Positions 41,864 to 51,605 of a stretch of 64,000 nucleotides of DNA are shown piece after piece. Numbering within the stretch: the stretch's first letter is position 1; each line of letters begins with the position of its first letter. The translations under genes and the position numbers were made by a program. A model generated the notes under the pieces. The model was not told where the DNA came from and searched no databases. It was given only the letters and a program-made list of their open reading frames with translations. This stretch comes from Promethearchaeota archaeon (GTDB taxonomy: Archaea > Asgardarchaeota > Lokiarchaeia > Sigyniarchaeales > SOKP01): positions 28,471-92,470 of the forward strand of contig JAUVNS010000017.1 of assembly GCA_030599585.1 (NCBI GenBank). The letters are read 5' to 3'.

Positions 41864-43207
41864 GTCCGTATGAATTACTTCAAGTTTTTCTCGCATTTCT
41901 TTTAGCTTTTCACCGTGGAGGGGGTAATAATACATGAAGATTAGGCTGATGGCAGTGATAATTGCGGGTATTAACAAAAACAAAATGTCGATTCCAATCA
42001 ATGTAGTTGCTGATTGAGTCTCTGAACCGGGAGCATATAAAAATACTTCTAATATGAGTGTTGCAACAATTGGTCCTAAACTGTTTGCTGGTTTTGTAAA
42101 AAGAGCGTTCATTCCTAAGAACATCCCTTCTCTACGTATTCCGTTATTAATTTCATCCTCGTCAGCAGATAAATACATTATAGGAACTACGAAAACACCA
42201 TAACCTCCGAAAAATGTAGCAATAATTAAGCCTATAATAGCTATCATGGAATTTTGAATCATTACCAACGAGAAAAATGCTATGAGCGACCCTACGGCTT
42301 TTAATAAACCGAATCTTAAAATTATCTTACGCATACCCCATTTAGGTCTAAGCTTCATGCATAGAATGTTCGAACCATACCCTACAAGGATGAATATTAT
42401 GAAGAACACGATGGTGGAATTATCTCCAAGAATAAATGCCCATAAAAACAGATAACTAAGGCCAATTGAGCTCAGAAACGTACCACAAAAGTTGAACCCT
42501 ATAAAAACTAAGAAAGACCTTAATTTTAGCGTTTCTTTAACAGATTTCCAAAAAGGAAATACCTCATCTTGTTGGTATTCAGGTTTTTCTTCACACAAAT
42601 ATGCTGTAAGCCATAGTAAGAGCGTAGAAATAACAGCAATTATTATCATTAAAAATAGAAAACTCTGAGATGTCGGTTCCATATCACCTAAAATAAGAAA
42701 GAAAGGTACTACAAAAATAGCCCCAAATACTAATGAGATAAAGTGACCTTTGTTTCTCTCATCAATATCTGCTGTCATCTCAGGTAAGAGCGCCATCCAT
42801 ACGAGAACAACAAGAGTTAACATAGTATCAAATAAGCAAATGCTTATAACATAGTGAAAGAAGATCGCTATCTGATTATCAAGACTCCATGGAAACCACA
42901 CCAATAAGAATGTTAAAGCCCATATTGGTGCGCCATATTTAATGTATATTATTCTACGACTGCCCCATTTTTTACGATTAGTACGATCAGACAGTTGTCC
43001 TGATAATGGGTCGTTTAATGCATTTATTGTCATATAGATAATCTGTCCAATTATAAATAAACCAGGTAATAACTGCAAATTGTCGTAGAAAAGCTCCACA
43101 TATTTGAGACTAAATACATATGATAATAATCCTGCTGGAATTGCTCCAATTGCATATCCCCATAAATTACGAGTACTTAATTTATCTTTTCCGCTATTTG
43201 ACAACAT
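41840..43207 (-). CDS. GPH/MelB-family MFS sugar transporter
   Basis: NALNDPLSGQLSDRT...GSRR, ALLPEMT, RREGMF and YPL. Confidence 0.92.
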   Translation of the reverse strand: MLSNSGKDKLSTRNLWGYAIGAIPAGLLSYVFSLKYVELFYDNLQLLPGLFIIGQIIYMTINALNDPLSGQLSDRTNRKKWGSRRIIYIKYGAPIWALTFLLVWFPWSLDNQIAIFFHYVISICLFDTMLTLVVLVWMALLPEMTADIDERNKGHFISLVFGAIFVVPFFLILGDMEPTSQSFLFLMIIIAVISTLLLWLTAYLCEEKPEYQQDEVFPFWKSVKETLKLRSFLVFIGFNFCGTFLSSIGLSYLFLWAFILGDNSTIVFFIIFILVGYGSNILCMKLRPKWGMRKIILRFGLLKAVGSLIAFFSLVMIQNSMIAIIGLIIATFFGGYGVFVVPIMYLSADEDEINNGIRREGMFLGMNALFTKPANSLGPIVATLILEVFLYAPGSETQSATTLIGIDILFLLIPAIITAISLIFMYYYPLHGEKLKEMREKLEVIHTDKKQKIKS

Positions 43208-43336
43208 AAATCACTTTTTATATTTTAAATTTTTTAAAAAACTATGTTTAATCTCCATTTTTGAGTTTATATGCTTTTATTTTTTTTGATAGAAATGCAA
43301 AAATTAATGTTTAATTATACAATTTATCTCCTAACC

Positions 43337-43906
43337 ATGGAAGATTTATATAAAAGCCTCTTGAATAGACTGAATGGCGTTAAAAGCTTAGTTTTTATGG
43401 GGATTGGAGAAGAAAAATTAAGTGATGAGGGTTTAGGACCTTATATTATAAGTGAGCTATTAGAATATTCAAGCGAAAAAGTTCTATTCATAAACGCTGG
43501 AACAGATGCCATGGCTCGAATTGATGACGTTGTTAATTTTAAACCTTCCTACCTGATTCTTATAGACACTTGCACTCTAAATAAACCTCCGGGAACGGTT
43601 GCGATATTAGAGCGTGAAAACATTAAGGAATATGTGCCTATATCTACTCACACAATTCCAGTTCACATTGTTATAGATTTAATTGTTGAAAAATTACCCG
43701 AACTGAACGTTTTTATGATTGGATTTGTTCCTGAAAGTCTTGAGGGTTTTATGGAGTTAAAACTTTACAAACAAGATGAGCTGACTCTTGAGGAGCGATC
43801 AGATAACATTGATCTACCTTTTTTTGAATTAAATCTGACTAAAACAATAAGAACGGAAGCAGATAAATTAATAGAAATAATTAAGAAATTAATTGACTCA
43901 TTTTAA
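43337..43906 (+). CDS. hycI: HycI-like hydrogenase maturation protease
   Basis: FMGIGEEKLSDEGLG, LILID and ISTHTIP. ATG 43337 (MEDLY) is preferred over the track start at 43271. Confidence 0.8.
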   Translation: MEDLYKSLLNRLNGVKSLVFMGIGEEKLSDEGLGPYIISELLEYSSEKVLFINAGTDAMARIDDVVNFKPSYLILIDTCTLNKPPGTVAILERENIKEYVPISTHTIPVHIVIDLIVEKLPELNVFMIGFVPESLEGFMELKLYKQDELTLEERSDNIDLPFFELNLTKTIRTEADKLIEIIKKLIDSF

Positions 43907-44098
43907 GGTTTGAGATTCATTCTTAGATTCTTTATTGTAATGGTTTACAATAATAATGATTGTGTCTGAAACGATTTGTTTTTCCTTTTCATTTAATTTA
44001 CGCTTTAAACCTTCAAGAAACTTCAAAGCTTTATCAGCGTCTCTTAAATTTCTCATGTAATCAGAGCCTTCCTTATTTAACGAGCCTCCCCATGCCAT
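43898..44098 (-). CDS. Small hypothetical protein (66 aa)
   Basis: ATG preceded by GAAGGA; co-oriented with the upstream flavoprotein gene. Confidence 0.6.
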   Translation of the reverse strand: MAWGGSLNKEGSDYMRNLRDADKALKFLEGLKRKLNEKEKQIVSDTIIIIVNHYNKESKNESQTLK

Positions 44099-44124
44099 TA
44101 TAATTCCTTCTAAATATATAGTTT

Positions 44125-45525
44125 TTATTTATTTGGATCTTCAAGTATCTTCGTAAATGGGCGAAGAAATTCTTGTTTCATGTTGATTTTAGTTCTAAGC
44201 TTATCTATTTTCATTAAAGGAATCAATTTTTCGTTCATTTTTTTTGCACGTTCGTCATTTTGCGGGAAAGAGTCATAAAAACCATGCTTCTCGTAATATT
44301 CGTGATCTGCTAAAAATACAAATCGATTTCTCCCAAAAATATCATCTCGAAATATTTTTTTACCTCCTTCTCCTAAAAATGTTATTGGTTTAAAGTAATC
44401 TGCTTTGGAAAATGTAACTAATTTCCGAGCAAAATCGTGGAGTAAGGCATCTATGTCTTCTGAGGTCCCAAATTCGTCAGTAATAATATCTACAAAATTT
44501 GAATCTTGAATTTCTATGTGAGCTTGAAACATTTGAGAAAGATTTGGAATTTGATTTACAGGTCCAGAGATAAGGTAACCCATCTGCATTCCTGTTAGAG
44601 TTGGTGTATGCGTCATATAAAAAGCTCGGTCTAAAACCATCTTCCATCTGGATGAAAGATACCTATCTTTAATAACACCAGCAAAAACAAGAATGTCCGC
44701 AGTCATTACTACATCTTCCCAAAATTCAAAAAAGCCATCCTTTCCTATATAGGAGCATTTATGATCGTAACCACATTGTAAACACGAGATACATCCCCCT
44801 TTAACGTCGATGTCGTATAAGTTTATGATTTCAATCTCGCTTGAAAAAGATTCTGCAAATCTCTTTATCATTTTTCCTATATTTGTGTTTTCATTAGTTT
44901 CATCACTAACAACAAGAATTTTTTTGCCAAGTGTATCAAATTTCTCTGAAACCTCTATAACTTTACCGGGAGTATATTTGAAGTCTCTCATTTTTAATGG
45001 AGCATAGTGTTTTGAAGTAGGATATTTATGTTCGATGTGATTTATAAATTCCTCAACGAATAAAAGCCATCTTGCTCGCCGCTTTGGGTAAAGAAGATCC
45101 CAACTATCAGCAGGATAATTTCCCACATACTTCATTTTTAAATCATCGCAAATACTTTGCATATAATTCTGGGCAGTGTGATCGTAGAAATGAATAGAGG
45201 TTGAAAGGACAATTGTGTACTTATTTTCAAAGGCAGCTTTAGCATTTCTCTCGGTAATCAATTCAATAAACCGCTTATATTGGGAACAGACTAACATCAC
45301 ATATAAAGGAAATCCCCATATTACACCATCTGATTCTTTTACTTGAAGAATAATGTCTTCAAATCTCTTTTCGTCATTTTCGATTTTTTTAATTGCTTGT
45401 GCTATGTTTATTATATTATATTCGTGTTCTGGATGTCTCTTCTTAATATACAAGACATATTGCATGGTAACGCTCTCAGCACCTTTGGGGCTTCCGTTCA
45501 ATATAGTGAACTTCATATCTTTCAT
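44125..45525 (-). CDS. Tandem flavodoxin-like / iron-sulfur flavoprotein-family oxidoreductase
   Basis: ILNGSPK...T and GFPLY; second domain with CISCLQC.....C. Confidence 0.85.
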   Translation of the reverse strand: MKDMKFTILNGSPKGAESVTMQYVLYIKKRHPEHEYNIINIAQAIKKIENDEKRFEDIILQVKESDGVIWGFPLYVMLVCSQYKRFIELITERNAKAAFENKYTIVLSTSIHFYDHTAQNYMQSICDDLKMKYVGNYPADSWDLLYPKRRARWLLFVEEFINHIEHKYPTSKHYAPLKMRDFKYTPGKVIEVSEKFDTLGKKILVVSDETNENTNIGKMIKRFAESFSSEIEIINLYDIDVKGGCISCLQCGYDHKCSYIGKDGFFEFWEDVVMTADILVFAGVIKDRYLSSRWKMVLDRAFYMTHTPTLTGMQMGYLISGPVNQIPNLSQMFQAHIEIQDSNFVDIITDEFGTSEDIDALLHDFARKLVTFSKADYFKPITFLGEGGKKIFRDDIFGRNRFVFLADHEYYEKHGFYDSFPQNDERAKKMNEKLIPLMKIDKLRTKINMKQEFLRPFTKILEDPNK

Positions 45526-45997
45526 ATGAGTTTATCAAATAAAAATTATATTGAGTAAAAAGAAAAATAAAGAATAAAATTAGATGGTAAAACTTTGAAT
45601 TTCATAGTGTTTCCAAAAAACAAAAATATCTCAGGTATGATTTACAAATTAGTTGATCGGTTCATGTTCGTTTTTTATCTCCTGTGGTTAGGGAAGATAA
45701 GGGTAATTTTTCCAGTTTATTTTTCAAAAAAATTTCCAATTTATTATTGCTATTTCCAATTTATTTTTCTAACCTCTCATCGAAACAATAAGAAGCGATT
45801 TCTCTAGGTAGATGGTCTAACAAATTTAACAACTAAACTCCGGCTAAACCTGCAAATAATTCAAACACGCCTTCGTGATTGTCTGAGTAATAAGTTATTA
45901 CATCTAATAAGTTTCTATAAATGAAATACGGAGATTATCAAATTTAAATAGTGTCTGATGGAAAGATTAGATGAATAAAGAAATTATGGGATAGAGC

Positions 45998-46987
45998 TTA
46001 TTTCTCAAAATTTATTGATTTTAAAAATTCAATTCTTTTTGATTTTATTTTATCCATATCTTCTCCGACCCACATGAAATGGCCTCCATGCGTCACCAAT
46101 AGTTCAAAATCCTTGAGATTGGCTTCGAGATATTCAGCATTTAACCATTTTACGTCATTGTCTTCTTTACTATAGACTAATAAGGATTTTACATTTATAT
46201 TATCAACTGGGATATTCTCAATTGATAATAAGAGCTCTATATCATGATTAAGACCAAGCTTTCTTAAACTCATTGGAAAGGTTGTATCTAAAAATTTTCT
46301 TAACCACATCCGTCTCTCCTTATCACGTGAAACGAGGTTAGTAAATTTCTTAATTCCTTCCTTGTCAAGTAAAGTTTCCACTTTGATTATACTCTTGAAT
46401 GTCGTCTTGAAAGCTACTTTAATAGCTATTACAGTAATCCAGCTCAAGAAATCTTGTATTCTATTACTCAGAAATAATTTCGCCCAAATTGAATCCATCA
46501 TGTCCTCACCTGGATTTTCGTATACCGTACTAACGCCAGCTTCCATCACTAGAGCATGAGTTCTCTCAGGATATTTATTAGCAAAGTTGAGGGCAAGAGG
46601 ACCACCAGCTGAGATTCCAATGGGAACAACCTTATCGATTGCTAGCTTGTCCAATAATTCTACATATTGATCAACTTGTTCCTCATAAGATAGAGGCACA
46701 AAGGGTGTTCTTAGATACCCGGGTCTTGAAACAACGAGTAATGAATATCCTTCTTGAACTAGATAATCGAGGGGGAAACCTTGGTCAATTCCTCCGGGAC
46801 CCCCATGCATAAAAAATAAAACAGGTCCCTCTCCAGTTAGTTTGTAATGTATTTTCCCCATCGCTGTCTCCATTACTTCTCCATCATCCATTACTCTAAT
46901 TGCGGATTTTTTCCACCTCTTAAAACCAATTGTTAAGAGAATAATGAAAACTACTATTACAAGTAAAACAAATATTAGTATTTGCAT
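45998..46987 (-). CDS. Membrane-anchored alpha/beta hydrolase
   Basis: HGGPGG, SRPGY, GISAGG, D (EDND) and GGH. Confidence 0.9.
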   Translation of the reverse strand: MQILIFVLLVIVVFIILLTIGFKRWKKSAIRVMDDGEVMETAMGKIHYKLTGEGPVLFFMHGGPGGIDQGFPLDYLVQEGYSLLVVSRPGYLRTPFVPLSYEEQVDQYVELLDKLAIDKVVPIGISAGGPLALNFANKYPERTHALVMEAGVSTVYENPGEDMMDSIWAKLFLSNRIQDFLSWITVIAIKVAFKTTFKSIIKVETLLDKEGIKKFTNLVSRDKERRMWLRKFLDTTFPMSLRKLGLNHDIELLLSIENIPVDNINVKSLLVYSKEDNDVKWLNAEYLEANLKDFELLVTHGGHFMWVGEDMDKIKSKRIEFLKSINFEK

Positions 46988-47259
46988 AATAATGTATCTT
47001 ATTGTTTAAATATTAAAAAATTATCCCTTGAACATTTACTTTCTTGTCCGTTAATTAGGGATATAAGAAATAGGAAGGGCTCGGCTTAAAGTATATAAAT
47101 TTTCATTGAAATCAGACACTGATTTTACCTTTCCATTTCGATTGAAATAAAATTGAGTAAAAGAAAAATAAAATTTAGGGAAAAGACTGTGATTTTAAAG
47201 AAAAAAATAATTATCCTATTATTTTTTCTCAAATAGCTTATTTTTACTGACAGTAAAAA

Positions 47260-48486
47260 CTAATTTACTTGAATCCATAAGAAAAACAAGGAAACAACTG
47301 CTAAAAATGCGATACAACCTAATCCCATCCATGAAAATAGAGCATTTTTAATATAATTAATTTTAAACTTGACCGCTTCATGGGGACATAATTCCACACA
47401 ACAGAAACAAGTTATACACTTCTTACTGTCCCATTTTGGGACATTACCCTTTTTTATTTCTAATGGGGGTGTTATTGCTCCAACAGGACAATTAGTCCAG
47501 CAAGTGGAACAGAGCTTACATTTTTCTTTGTTAAATTTAACCGTTGCTTTAAATATGGTCTTTCCGAGATAGTTGGCTAACCATTTTGGTAAAGGCATAG
47601 AAATTGGTTTTAGCTTAGGTCTTTTAAACTTACGATATACATCCTTTATCGTCTCACCAATGATCTCGACTTTCTCTAAATCTGTACTTCCCAATTCCTT
47701 TTGTTCTGCTTTTGCTAAATATAACACTTCAGATGGGTCAAATCCAATAATTTTACAAACTACTGAATCTAATGCTACAGGATCATATCCTGCCAAGATT
47801 AAGTCTAATTTCACTACATCCCCACTCGAAGGTCCCTGACCTTCCATACAAATATACCCATCTATTACTGTCAATTGTGGTTTAGACACTGAATATATAT
47901 CTACTAATGCTGAACAAAATCTATCAAGAACGGCGGCCTGAGCGTGAGTTTTTGCTTTATTAGCCAATAAAACTGTTCCAAACATATTTTTTATGCAACA
48001 TGTTAAAGTACATTGCCAATGAGTTTTTATTTTTGGAATATTGATTATAAGATCAGCATCGTCAATCAGTTTTGAACTTGAAATTTCCTCCAATTCAAGT
48101 GGATTTTCAATTTTGTAAATCTTCCTTTCACTTTTTTCAAAGGGTAAGCATTCAGCTCCTTCTTCTTCACATACTATCCCAATTCCGCTATCTACTATAG
48201 CTTTTTCTGTAATTCCTACCTTTGCCCCTCCAGCAGAATCGCATACATAGATTTTTGCAGGATTAAACTTTTTTACCCATTGGATAACAGATCGAACAAC
48301 TTCAGGATGGGTGTTTACCCCCCTCTCGGGAGGTTTACCCATTAAGATATTTGGTTTTAATAGCACTATCATATTATCTTTCTGCATTAATTCTTTTGCA
48401 TTAATAAGTTCAAGCGCTGAGAAAACAGAAGTTTTAACATCCTCATTTTTGATTTTTTGAATAGCTATTTTGGTTTTATAACCCAT
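47260..48486 (-). CDS. DUF362 protein with 2x[4Fe-4S] ferredoxin domain
   Basis: LLKPN...THP, PKIKTH...KN.FG, DPVALD, CKLCSTCWTNCP and CITCFCCVELCP. Confidence 0.92.
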   Translation of the reverse strand: MGYKTKIAIQKIKNEDVKTSVFSALELINAKELMQKDNMIVLLKPNILMGKPPERGVNTHPEVVRSVIQWVKKFNPAKIYVCDSAGGAKVGITEKAIVDSGIGIVCEEEGAECLPFEKSERKIYKIENPLELEEISSSKLIDDADLIINIPKIKTHWQCTLTCCIKNMFGTVLLANKAKTHAQAAVLDRFCSALVDIYSVSKPQLTVIDGYICMEGQGPSSGDVVKLDLILAGYDPVALDSVVCKIIGFDPSEVLYLAKAEQKELGSTDLEKVEIIGETIKDVYRKFKRPKLKPISMPLPKWLANYLGKTIFKATVKFNKEKCKLCSTCWTNCPVGAITPPLEIKKGNVPKWDSKKCITCFCCVELCPHEAVKFKINYIKNALFSWMGLGCIAFLAVVSLFFLWIQVN

Positions 48487-48867
48487 AATTAGTATTCATT
48501 TGAAGAAAGTTAAAAGATTTTGCAAAATAAAATAGAAAGAGAAAAAATTATTTAAAATGTAGAAGAAGTCCAATCGATTACTCTAAAGACTTCTCGAGAT
48601 CGTGAAATGAGTAAAAAAGAAAAGATTGAAGTTAAAGTAATCCCACAACCTAAGATTATACGTCCTTTAAAAATAGCAGGATTACAAAGAATAGAACTTT
48701 CGTCGATTAATGATAAGTTATCTCAAGTTAGAAAATCTATTATTATTATTGACTATAAAAATATTTTTTACTTTAGATAAAACCTCCTACCTTACTTTCC
48801 ATCCTTTTGGTTAAAAGAGATTTCTATTCTTTTTAACTATATCAGGAATATGGTTTAAAAACTATTA

Positions 48868-49716
48868 TTAATTAAAAATTACTTTTGAATGGTCACAATA
48901 ATCACAAAAAAAACAAATTCTCTCTGAACCAGGAAAATATATTGTAGGGGGTAAGTCTTCAACATTTTTACATTTTATTGCTTTTCTAATTTTAATTTTT
49001 AACTTATTTAATTCTGAATCTTTATATTTCCTTAATTTTTTAATTTTTTGAAAACCACTTTGAGGCGAACCCGGTTTAGTATTCCATAATTCTAAATTTA
49101 TATCCTTCTCTTGCTTTTCATCAAATAGTTCTTTATATAATCTTAATTGTCTATTGTGTTTAGTAGGGCTAGGTCTTCCCGTTTTTAATTCAATAAATAA
49201 AAATTCGTTAATTTCTTGACTAAAACAGACTAAATCTATTTTCCCTGTCAGCAAAACCCCGGGGAGAATTTCATATGAGACATTGAATTCATCATCGATA
49301 ACCGAGTTGATTAAATTATCATTATTCACATCAATTAATGATTTAGCATGTTCTATAAGTATGGGAAGTTGAACATTTATGTTATCCATCACTTCAGCAT
49401 ATTCAGATTTTTCAAGAATGTTAAAATTAATTTGTGTCTTCAATAGAAAAATCCAATAATCTAACACGAATTTAAATGCTAATCCAATTGATTCTTCTAA
49501 AGATTTTTTTAATCTGTAGTAGTAATATTCAATATAAGGAAATAGTTTTTTAAATGTAATTGGTAGTAAAGTGTGAATTATTTTTCCAATTCTCATATAA
49601 ATATTTGGAGCTTCTTCTTGAAGAAATCTTTTCATTAACCTTGAAATAATGTAAATATATAACTTTCTTTCACATGTATTTTCCGAAATACTTGAAATAC
49701 CTAAAGTAAAATGCAT
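48868..49716 (-). CDS. Cas4-like PD-(D/E)XK nuclease
   Basis: N-terminal SSI...CER, GKIIH, E, TGKIDLV, IELKTG, QLRLY and C-terminal CFFCDYC. Its ATG overlaps the TAA of the upstream Argonaute-like gene. Confidence 0.88.
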   Translation of the reverse strand: MHFTLGISSISENTCERKLYIYIISRLMKRFLQEEAPNIYMRIGKIIHTLLPITFKKLFPYIEYYYYRLKKSLEESIGLAFKFVLDYWIFLLKTQINFNILEKSEYAEVMDNINVQLPILIEHAKSLIDVNNDNLINSVIDDEFNVSYEILPGVLLTGKIDLVCFSQEINEFLFIELKTGRPSPTKHNRQLRLYKELFDEKQEKDINLELWNTKPGSPQSGFQKIKKLRKYKDSELNKLKIKIRKAIKCKNVEDLPPTIYFPGSERICFFCDYCDHSKVIFN

Positions 49717-51587
49717 TAGAATGGACTTTCCTCGTTATATTTATAGGGTATCTTATTAAATAAGTCTTTATTTTTATATCGTATTAAAAATGGCAGATTA
49801 ACTTTAGAAAAACTCTCTGTTTGATAGAATGTTAAATTAAATATTATCTGTAAGATATCCTTTGCCTTAATTTCATCTAATTCTGAAATTATTTTTACCA
49901 ATAAAGGATTTGGAAGACCATTTTCTGGAGTATCAGGAAATCCGGTATTTATTAATAAATAACTATTAGTGGTATTGCTAAATAATTGGATGTAGGAGCC
50001 ATTTTTAGGTATTTCATGTTTATTTTGAAAATGATGAAAAATTCTTGTATTCGGTCTTTTGATTAAAACACAATAAGATTTATCTTTTAAAATTTTGATG
50101 AAATCTTCAGAAAAATTCCCTTGTTCAAAAAGAAATAGTTCATTTATATATTCAAATTTATATTTTTTTTCTAAAATTGTGAGAATGTCATTGAGAATGT
50201 CTTCCCTTTCTTGATTAATTGAACTCCTGAAAAATATATCTTTGAATTTCATCAAATTTTTACTCGCAGTATTAAAAATAACACCAGAAATTTTAAATAC
50301 TTCAAAATCTGGATCGAAATTTACACCAAATGAAATTATCTTTTTAAAAATAGGTGGATTATCAAAGAACCATATCAAATTTTTATTACTTCTAAAATTC
50401 AGAGCTAACCAAATTAACAGTAAATTCTCACCAAAATCTTCGATAATTTCTAGAGTAGAAATATTGATAGCTTTTGAAATCTCTGCCTTTCTTTTTGCGG
50501 CAGCATAAAAATATTCAGAACCTTTATGTTTATCATTAATTAATACTAAATAGGGATAGTTGTTCGAGAAATTGAATTCATCTATATTATCGATATATTT
50601 TATTACTTTAATTTTGAAGAAGTATGAGTCTTCAAGTTTTTTAAGATAATCTTCTAAAATTTTATTAGATTCTAAATTATCTTGTAATTTAAAATTATCA
50701 ACAATTACCTCAATTTCTATTATTGGTATTAATTTTAAATTATTTTTAAAAAACTTTAATAAATTTTCTTCGAATGAAATGTCTTTATTCAAATCTATGT
50801 TTTGGTTTAAAAAATTGACATAAATTGCATTAGGATAAATAAAAGAATTAGAATCATAGGTTGAATTAATCTCAAGTTCAGTTATAAAATTGAAACCCTT
50901 AAGTTTATTAAAAATATATACGCGATATTCCTCAAATCGATCAAAAAATTTTTTTGGATTCAAAAAAACTAGAGAAGACCATTTGGAATCTCTTTCTATC
51001 AATTTTCTATCTTTAAAATTTAATGGTAAATCGAATAAATTTCCATAAATCTCATAATTTGGAAGGAAACTAATGATAAATTTATTTTCATATATAAAAA
51101 TTTCATGGTTTACGGATTTGTAGATTTTAATTTCATCATTTTTTTTTGATTCTTTTATTAAAATTGTAGATACTATTTCTTTTCTGTAAGACAACTTACC
51201 TTTAGCAGACTTTCCTAGAAAAGTTCTAACATCTATAGGCTTTTCAAATCCATATTCAATGTATAAGAAATCAATAAGAGTGTGTAGAAAACAAGAAATT
51301 CCTTCAGCTTTTTTTAAAGGGGCTAAATCGACTTCCTCAATAATCTCTCCAAGATAATTTCTAATAATAATTTCATTATTAAAAATGAACTCATCCATAC
51401 TAATTAAATAAAATTTATCAGCTTCCTTTAAAATTCCAAAAGGAAGGTTACTCTGATATTCACCTCGTTTAATATAGTAAATCAATGTTGAGATAGGAAT
51501 ATTATCACGATTAAACTCAATCGTATAACTTTTTAACTCATTTAAATTAATTGTTCCATACCATCCAGGAATTATAAGATTAGATAT
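49716..51587 (-). CDS. Second Argonaute-like (MID-PIWI) protein, degenerate and catalytically inactive; ~623 aa if ATA start (track start 51485)
   Basis: MID-like FYAAAKRKAEISKAINISTL...NL..IWLAL. PIWI-like ISFGVNF, LIKRPNTRIF, IPKNGSYIQL, YLLINTG, GLPNPLLV and ILQIIFNLT...VNLPFLIRY. Frame is open to 51587, behind GAGATGA. Confidence 0.75.
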   Translation of the reverse strand: MSNLIIPGWYGTINLNELKSYTIEFNRDNIPISTLIYYIKRGEYQSNLPFGILKEADKFYLISMDEFIFNNEIIIRNYLGEIIEEVDLAPLKKAEGISCFLHTLIDFLYIEYGFEKPIDVRTFLGKSAKGKLSYRKEIVSTILIKESKKNDEIKIYKSVNHEIFIYENKFIISFLPNYEIYGNLFDLPLNFKDRKLIERDSKWSSLVFLNPKKFFDRFEEYRVYIFNKLKGFNFITELEINSTYDSNSFIYPNAIYVNFLNQNIDLNKDISFEENLLKFFKNNLKLIPIIEIEVIVDNFKLQDNLESNKILEDYLKKLEDSYFFKIKVIKYIDNIDEFNFSNNYPYLVLINDKHKGSEYFYAAAKRKAEISKAINISTLEIIEDFGENLLLIWLALNFRSNKNLIWFFDNPPIFKKIISFGVNFDPDFEVFKISGVIFNTASKNLMKFKDIFFRSSINQEREDILNDILTILEKKYKFEYINELFLFEQGNFSEDFIKILKDKSYCVLIKRPNTRIFHHFQNKHEIPKNGSYIQLFSNTTNSYLLINTGFPDTPENGLPNPLLVKIISELDEIKAKDILQIIFNLTFYQTESFSKVNLPFLIRYKNKDLFNKIPYKYNEESPF

Positions 51588-51605
51588 CTAAATCATCTCG
51601 TGATA

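Noticed and set aside
45595-45807. 70-aa track ORF in an intergenic region
   Set aside because: TTG start, low-complexity F/I/K composition; likely spurious.
45550-47180. Short similarities around the alpha/beta hydrolase gene (attgagtaaaa.gaaaaataaa twice; 10-bp inverted agtgtctgat/atcagacact)
   Set aside because: Short and A-rich; could be chance or shared terminator/promoter sequence. No transposase.
48607-48780. 57-aa ORF MSKKEKIEVKVIPQPK... at the island's left edge
   Set aside because: Plausible start but low-complexity tail and no motif; may be a truncated remnant. Not supportable.
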